Of a DNA stretch of 64,000 bases, positions 59,455 through 64,000 are shown one piece after another. This DNA comes from a virus. Lineage: Duplodnaviria; Caudoviricetes. The notes below the pieces were generated by a model, which did no database searches, was not told the origin of the DNA, and saw only the letters and a program-made list of their open reading frames with translations. How positions within the stretch are numbered: position 1 is the first letter of the stretch; each line of letters begins with the position of its first letter. The position numbers and the translations under genes were made by a program. The DNA lies in IMG/VR virus record IMGVR_UViG_3300043726_000004, positions 1 to 64,000 of that record; one strand, written 5' to 3'.

Positions 59455-59958
59455 ATGCAGTTTGTAACCGGGAACATGTGGGAAGTTGGGCGGGACACTG
59501 CCACAGCTGTGTGGGTAGTTCCGACCAACGGATCCACAAATGGTCGTGGTCACGCAGTGATGGGCGCCGGCGTGGCCAAGCAAGCGTCCTCGATGTACAA
59601 GGAGCTGCCAGAAGTCCTAGGACGACTCATTCAGGCGTGGGGCAATCACTGCTTGTTGTTGCCCCATCGTCTGGTCGCGTTCCCAGTCAAGAACCTATGG
59701 GAAGAGGATGCGGACCTCGAACTCATCGAGCGTTCCGCCTACGAGTTGGCACTCCTCACCTCGGTATACAGATGGCGCCCTGTGATCCTACCAGCCGTTG
59801 GGACGGGAAACGGAAATAGGACATGGAACGAAGTGGGCCCAATACTCCTCGAGAACCTGGAGAGCGATCGTTACCTACTGGTAGCCAACAGACCGCTGAT
59901 CGTACGACCGAATCCAGTGGTTCAACCATCAGCACCATCAAACCCCACCGCTACTTGA
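59455..59958 (+). CDS. macrodomain (ADP-ribose processing) protein
   Basis: GNMW, TN...MGAGVAKQ, FPVK, LIERS, LPAVGTGNG...W..V. Confidence 0.82.
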   Translation: MQFVTGNMWEVGRDTATAVWVVPTNGSTNGRGHAVMGAGVAKQASSMYKELPEVLGRLIQAWGNHCLLLPHRLVAFPVKNLWEEDADLELIERSAYELALLTSVYRWRPVILPAVGTGNGNRTWNEVGPILLENLESDRYLLVANRPLIVRPNPVVQPSAPSNPTAT

Positions 59959-60243
59959 AGGCAGCAACAGGGAAGTGCCGAATATGTTCGAAGGGACCAG
60001 GTGCGCACGACCTGCCAGTGAGGTCGAGGTCGCGATAGAGAAGATGGCCGCCACAGTCGTGGCCGAACAACTACGTGACGCCCGAGAGTCGTGGGAAATC
60101 TACACCCTGTGGCGTGACATATTCATCCGCCTTTGGACTACGCGGAAACCTCTTACCATTCCTGAACGTAACTACATCCGGCAATTCATGGCTGAGGGGT
60201 TATTCCCTGCGGGGCCAATTCACGGTTTCTGGAGCTCACCCCC

Positions 60244-60486
60244 ATGAGTAATGGTTCGTACATCGACGACGTCCTCTGGAAGGCTGTCATTCCCGATTTG
60301 TCGTTCAATCCTGATGCCGCCATCTACAAGTTCTGGCGCGAATTACGCAACGATCCCTCCACGGTGAATCCAGGGTTGCCTGTAACGCCTGAGATCGAGA
60401 CCGAGGTCGGCATCCAGCAAGGCTTCTCAGGTGGCGTTGTACTCGGTTGGAATGAAACAGACGGAGCCTACATCGCCAATGGCTAA
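60244..60486 (+). CDS. LGFP-repeat-like small protein
   Basis: AIYKFW...GLPVTPE....QGFSGG...W. Confidence 0.55.
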   Translation: MSNGSYIDDVLWKAVIPDLSFNPDAAIYKFWRELRNDPSTVNPGLPVTPEIETEVGIQQGFSGGVVLGWNETDGAYIANG

Positions 60487-61027
60487 CGTAGCCGCGATCG
60501 CGCCTCCGGGCTTCACACTCGCACAGCCTGAACCACCGCCAGAGCCATTCACGCCCACTCGTGGTTGGTACGACTACTTTGATCGCCATCGTGACCTGTA
60601 CATGGCACCCCAGGTCTACGACTGGACTTGTTCGGTCTGTTCTACGACCTGGACCCTACAGGCCACAGGGCTTGACGTGAACGCTGCACGCGAAAGTGTC
60701 GCCTATGCAATCGGTTACCCGCAGTGCATCAACCCCGACTACGGACTGATGGACACCAACTGCCTCGAACGCGTGTTCCAGTCTTACGGTGTTGGTGTCT
60801 ACACACTATGGCCATCCTTCGACCAGATGTACGAGCTCGCACAACAGACCGCAGGAATCCTGAATTCGACGCGTTGGTACCACTTCGTCGCCATCCGAGG
60901 CGTTAGCGGCCCCAACATCTGGATTGCCAACTCCGCCAGTGGCTACAAGGGTATCTACGACCTAGTGTCACGCGGCCAGTGGGACGCTTGGGCGGGATCC
61001 TGGAAAACAGTTCTTCTTGAACCCTAG
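60479..61027 (+). CDS. peptidase C39-like cysteine peptidase, candidate endolysin
   Basis: Q....TCS, HFVAIRG and IANSA papain-fold motifs. Confidence 0.7.
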   Translation: MANVAAIAPPGFTLAQPEPPPEPFTPTRGWYDYFDRHRDLYMAPQVYDWTCSVCSTTWTLQATGLDVNAARESVAYAIGYPQCINPDYGLMDTNCLERVFQSYGVGVYTLWPSFDQMYELAQQTAGILNSTRWYHFVAIRGVSGPNIWIANSASGYKGIYDLVSRGQWDAWAGSWKTVLLEP

Positions 61028-61281
61028 CTGGCTGGCTAACTCAACCCTCCGCTTATGAGAGAAATGGACCTACAGGGACACAGTAGGGTGAATCGTATTG
61101 AAAAGGCCCGCCAATTCGACGTAGTGGCGACACAGATGAGTGGGGCGGTTGACTGCGGGCCTCAGTTCGCCCTTAGCGGAGGGTCAAAAGCCAGCCAGGG
61201 CCCTTGTATCCGGAGTGATTTCCGGAGGTTCGGATTTGACGCGCAAGGGGTAACCACATAAACCACGTAGGCACACAGGGG

Positions 61282-61362
61282 AAGAAAAACCCCGCTCAAG
61301 CACCTGTTCACGGCGGAGGGGTAAAGACCGTGGGAGAAGGGTGTTCGAGCGGGGTTTTCTTT
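61282..61362. terminator. bidirectional terminator between convergent units
   Basis: AAGAAAAACCCCGCTCAAGCACC...GGTGTTCGAGCGGGGTTTTCTTT long stem with A and T flanks. Confidence 0.75.
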
Positions 61363-61377
61363 ACGTGCGTACGGCCG

Positions 61378-61770
61378 TTAGGCCGTGTCGGTTGTTTGCC
61401 TTGGCTGGGTGCGTTTCGATGCTAACCGGTCTAATTCGGCCTTGAGTTCCTCAAGTTCTTCGTCGGTTGCCTCTTCGATGTGCCGGCGTACCAGTTCAGT
61501 ACGGGCTTGAGGCATTGCACGAATGACCTCGTCCAGCTTGAGGTTGACTGCAGCGTTGTTACGGTTCTGCGTGTTCTGCACGACAAACAACAGTAGGTAG
61601 GTAATTACCGTTGTTCCCGTGTTGATGACCAACTGCCACGTGTCGGAGAAATTGAAGATAGGACCCGTGATCGCCCAGACAATGACTGCTACCAGGCTAA
61701 TTATGAACGCCAGGTGATGACCAGTTACGACACCGGCGATGTTCGCAAATCGTGCAAAGGCCGCGTTCAC
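61378..61770 (-). CDS. low-affinity iron permease (Fet4-like) family membrane protein
   Basis: WAITGPIFNFSDTWQLVINTGTTVITYL..F..QNTQNR...A..LKLDE.IRA signature. Confidence 0.85.
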   Translation of the reverse strand: MNAAFARFANIAGVVTGHHLAFIISLVAVIVWAITGPIFNFSDTWQLVINTGTTVITYLLLFVVQNTQNRNNAAVNLKLDEVIRAMPQARTELVRRHIEEATDEELEELKAELDRLASKRTQPRQTTDTA

Positions 61771-61771
61771 T

Positions 61772-62077
61772 TTAGGAAGTCGAAGCCGGCGGAACCGTTT
61801 CGGGAGAGATAGTCTTGGCCATGAAGTCGAGAAGTTCCTTGATGTTCTGCTGTTGCTGGATAGTGATGAAGAGGATTACCCCGATGACGATCCAGAGGAG
61901 GACTATCTGACGCCGGATAGCGCGATCGGCGGGGCTCTCATCCTTCTTGCGCGAGGAGATGAACCAGGCCAGGAATTGACTAAGGCAACCGCCCAGAAAC
62001 CCTGCGAGAACCGGTGGAGAATGTTCGCCAAGGAACCCGCCGAGCAGATATAGGAACTGAGCAATACCGTTGGCCAT
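61772..62077 (-). CDS. two-TM membrane protein, holin candidate
   Basis: Two hydrophobic segments separated by a charged loop. Confidence 0.45.
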   Translation of the reverse strand: MANGIAQFLYLLGGFLGEHSPPVLAGFLGGCLSQFLAWFISSRKKDESPADRAIRRQIVLLWIVIGVILFITIQQQQNIKELLDFMAKTISPETVPPASTS

Positions 62078-62978
62078 TGCAAGGAGTTGAGGTGGGATAT
62101 GCTCTGGCAGTACTCATAGCCGTTGTGCTAGGTACGGTAATCACAGTCGGTATTATGGTCTGGGTAGTGCTTTCTTTCCTAGCTATCGCCCTTGCTCCCA
62201 GGGTTGGGGTCGGCAGGTAAGATGGACGACGCGTGGACGACAAGTGGCAGTTGATATGGGCAGTGGTACTCACCATCTGCTGGATTCTGCTACGGTGGCT
62301 CACCTCAGGTCGAAGGTAAGCCACTAAAGTACGGCGGGTTGGGCCCAACCGTCAAGAGCGGAACCAGTGGTGTTAGCCGACCCTGCCTGGACCGGTCAGG
62401 CCGCCCTTGTAGTAGTACGACTTGAGGCCCTTGCGGCCGGTGCTCTTGATCGTCGGCGCAGCACCAGGGCGATGAGTGATACCACCGGACATCGGCATCG
62501 TCTGGCTCAGAGACGGACCTGTACCGTGGGGCGCGATGAGCGCGGCGTTGCCAACGCCGGTACCCTTGTGGCCCTTATACATTGTAATGACGCGAACCAT
62601 GTTGTTGACCTCCCTGTGGCCTGTTAGATTTGCACCCTCACACCACCTGGTGTGGACTTGGTGATAGCGTTCCAGGTAGGCGACGCCGGACCGCTAGTAG
62701 TGCGAGTACGAGTGTTACCCTTGCCGGTGTCGTGATGGACAAACTCACTCGCACCGTTGCTGCCGGCGTCGGCCGTTGCCTTCGAGACGTTTGTGGCGCC
62801 GGCCATCCTACCGGCTGTGAGGCTTCCTGGCATTCTCACTCCTGCCTTTCGTTACTTGCCCTTTGGGTTACCCATTCGGGCTTTGAACTTGGGGTGTAAC
62901 GACCCCTTGGTCGTCTTCTTCCCGCCGGCTTTCTTGCCACCACCACTCTTGTTCCGCGCCTTGAGCATGGCCTTGACG

Positions 62979-63974
62979 CTAGCTGGCATTCCCGCCATTA
63001 GGTACTCCTCCTTTCCCTTGGATAGGGTCTTCGATCACGGTGTCGAACCGTGTCGCGGTATAAATGTCTTGTACCACGGCAGCTCTCGTCTCTGGCGGGA
63101 ACTGAGGCCCGACACCGTAGGCTCGAGCGGCAGCCATCAGAGTCCATACCTGACCACCATACTTGGCGGTGGTGTCCCAGTCCGTGAGTTGAGAGGCCAT
63201 GCTACCGTCAGTTTGTGGTGCCATAATACCTGTAACGCGTTTAGCTGGCGGACCACCGAAACCTAGACTCTCGGCGTAGGACATTAGCCACGGAATATCT
63301 CTAGCAGGGTCCATTGCAGTCCCTGAACTGCCGTAGGTCTCCGCCAGAAAGAATCCGACCGTTTCCATGACTGCGAAGTCGAACTCTATGGTCGAAGCCT
63401 GCATCATCGAGCCATAGTTCCCCTCACTATCGGCGTCGATGACGAATGTTGCGCCTACTCGTGCCGACGATCCGCCCAGACGTTGGGACATGCCTGCGTC
63501 GCGGATGGCATCCCAGAACCCCATGGCGAAACCTTCCCAGGTTGCAGCGTCACGCGGCGTTGTCCAGAACCCGTGCCAACCCCACTCGGTGTTGAGAATG
63601 AACCCGTGCGGGAATTGACTAGCACACTGGCCATGCTTGTAGCCCTCGGAGTAGTTGTCGCCAGTATCGCCTCGTGGAACACTTGTCCCCCACACGTTGA
63701 TGCCTTGCGTCTCGATCGCGGCCCGCAGTTCGGCAAGTCCTTCGAAGGTTCGGGGTGCTAACTCGTCAGACATCAGTCGCTGTGTAGGGTTCTCAAGTTC
63801 GCCTTGGAAATAACCGCCATACACCACCGGCAGTCCGATGCACGGAACAAATCCTGGTGTCACCTGTGCAAGACCCTTGGCCATCGTCACTATTTCGGCC
63901 ACGGACTCGTACGGTTCCAGAGGATTCATCAGGTAGACTACGGGGTGTATACTTGTCCGAGGAGTGGATGTCAA
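62979..63974 (-). CDS. hypothetical protein (may begin outside the window)
   Basis: 331-aa ORF with coding-like composition, followed by small basic ORFs with AGGAG/GGGAGG RBSs. Confidence 0.6.
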   Translation of the reverse strand: MTSTPRTSIHPVVYLMNPLEPYESVAEIVTMAKGLAQVTPGFVPCIGLPVVYGGYFQGELENPTQRLMSDELAPRTFEGLAELRAAIETQGINVWGTSVPRGDTGDNYSEGYKHGQCASQFPHGFILNTEWGWHGFWTTPRDAATWEGFAMGFWDAIRDAGMSQRLGGSSARVGATFVIDADSEGNYGSMMQASTIEFDFAVMETVGFFLAETYGSSGTAMDPARDIPWLMSYAESLGFGGPPAKRVTGIMAPQTDGSMASQLTDWDTTAKYGGQVWTLMAAARAYGVGPQFPPETRAAVVQDIYTATRFDTVIEDPIQGKGGVPNGGNAS

Positions 63975-64000
63975 CTAAGGACCCCATTGGGCTATGAAGT

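Noticed and set aside
1-64000. Stop-codon reassignment
   Set aside because: Core genes are intact in code 11 and end with TAA, TAG and TGA.

Overview
A 64-kb slice of a large dsDNA phage genome, almost all on the + strand, with a convergent minus-strand unit starting near 61.4 kb. The Rpf and LGFP-like domains, leaderless sigma70-type promoters and moderate-to-high GC suggest a Terrabacteria host (Actinomycetota or Chloroflexota); this is inference. The window holds many small early-type genes behind repeated promoters and a replication/recombination set: DUF3854-type primase-helicase, class II RNR, RuvC-like resolvase, ATP-dependent ligase, SNF2 helicase, PD-(D/E)XK nuclease, Sak4-like ATPase, SSB and a UDG-fused PolA. 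It also has a split 7-deazaguanine DNA-modification pathway (queC, queD, queE, folE, a dNMP kinase and a TGT/DpdA-like enzyme), a virion/tail block and lysis-type genes. The standout is a stand-alone Cas7/RAMP-like gene (15204-16031). It is followed directly by about 3.2 kb of non-coding DNA built of phased GGY-NN pentamers and split into units by recurring GGAG(GAG)TG linkers; a second, orphan 1-kb pentamer tract lies at 25.1-26.1 kb. This looks like a CRISPR-less RNA-guided system. Two tRNA-mimic folds sit inside the array, and one carries a perfect 17-nt antisense to the ribosome-binding site of the gene at 887. A bipartite motif (CTGGCTGGCT-N2-7-ACCCTCCGCT) is dispersed at least six times, and five genes share a 'YQxVYQ' HTH. 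All protein calls come from motif recognition by eye; no database searches were run.
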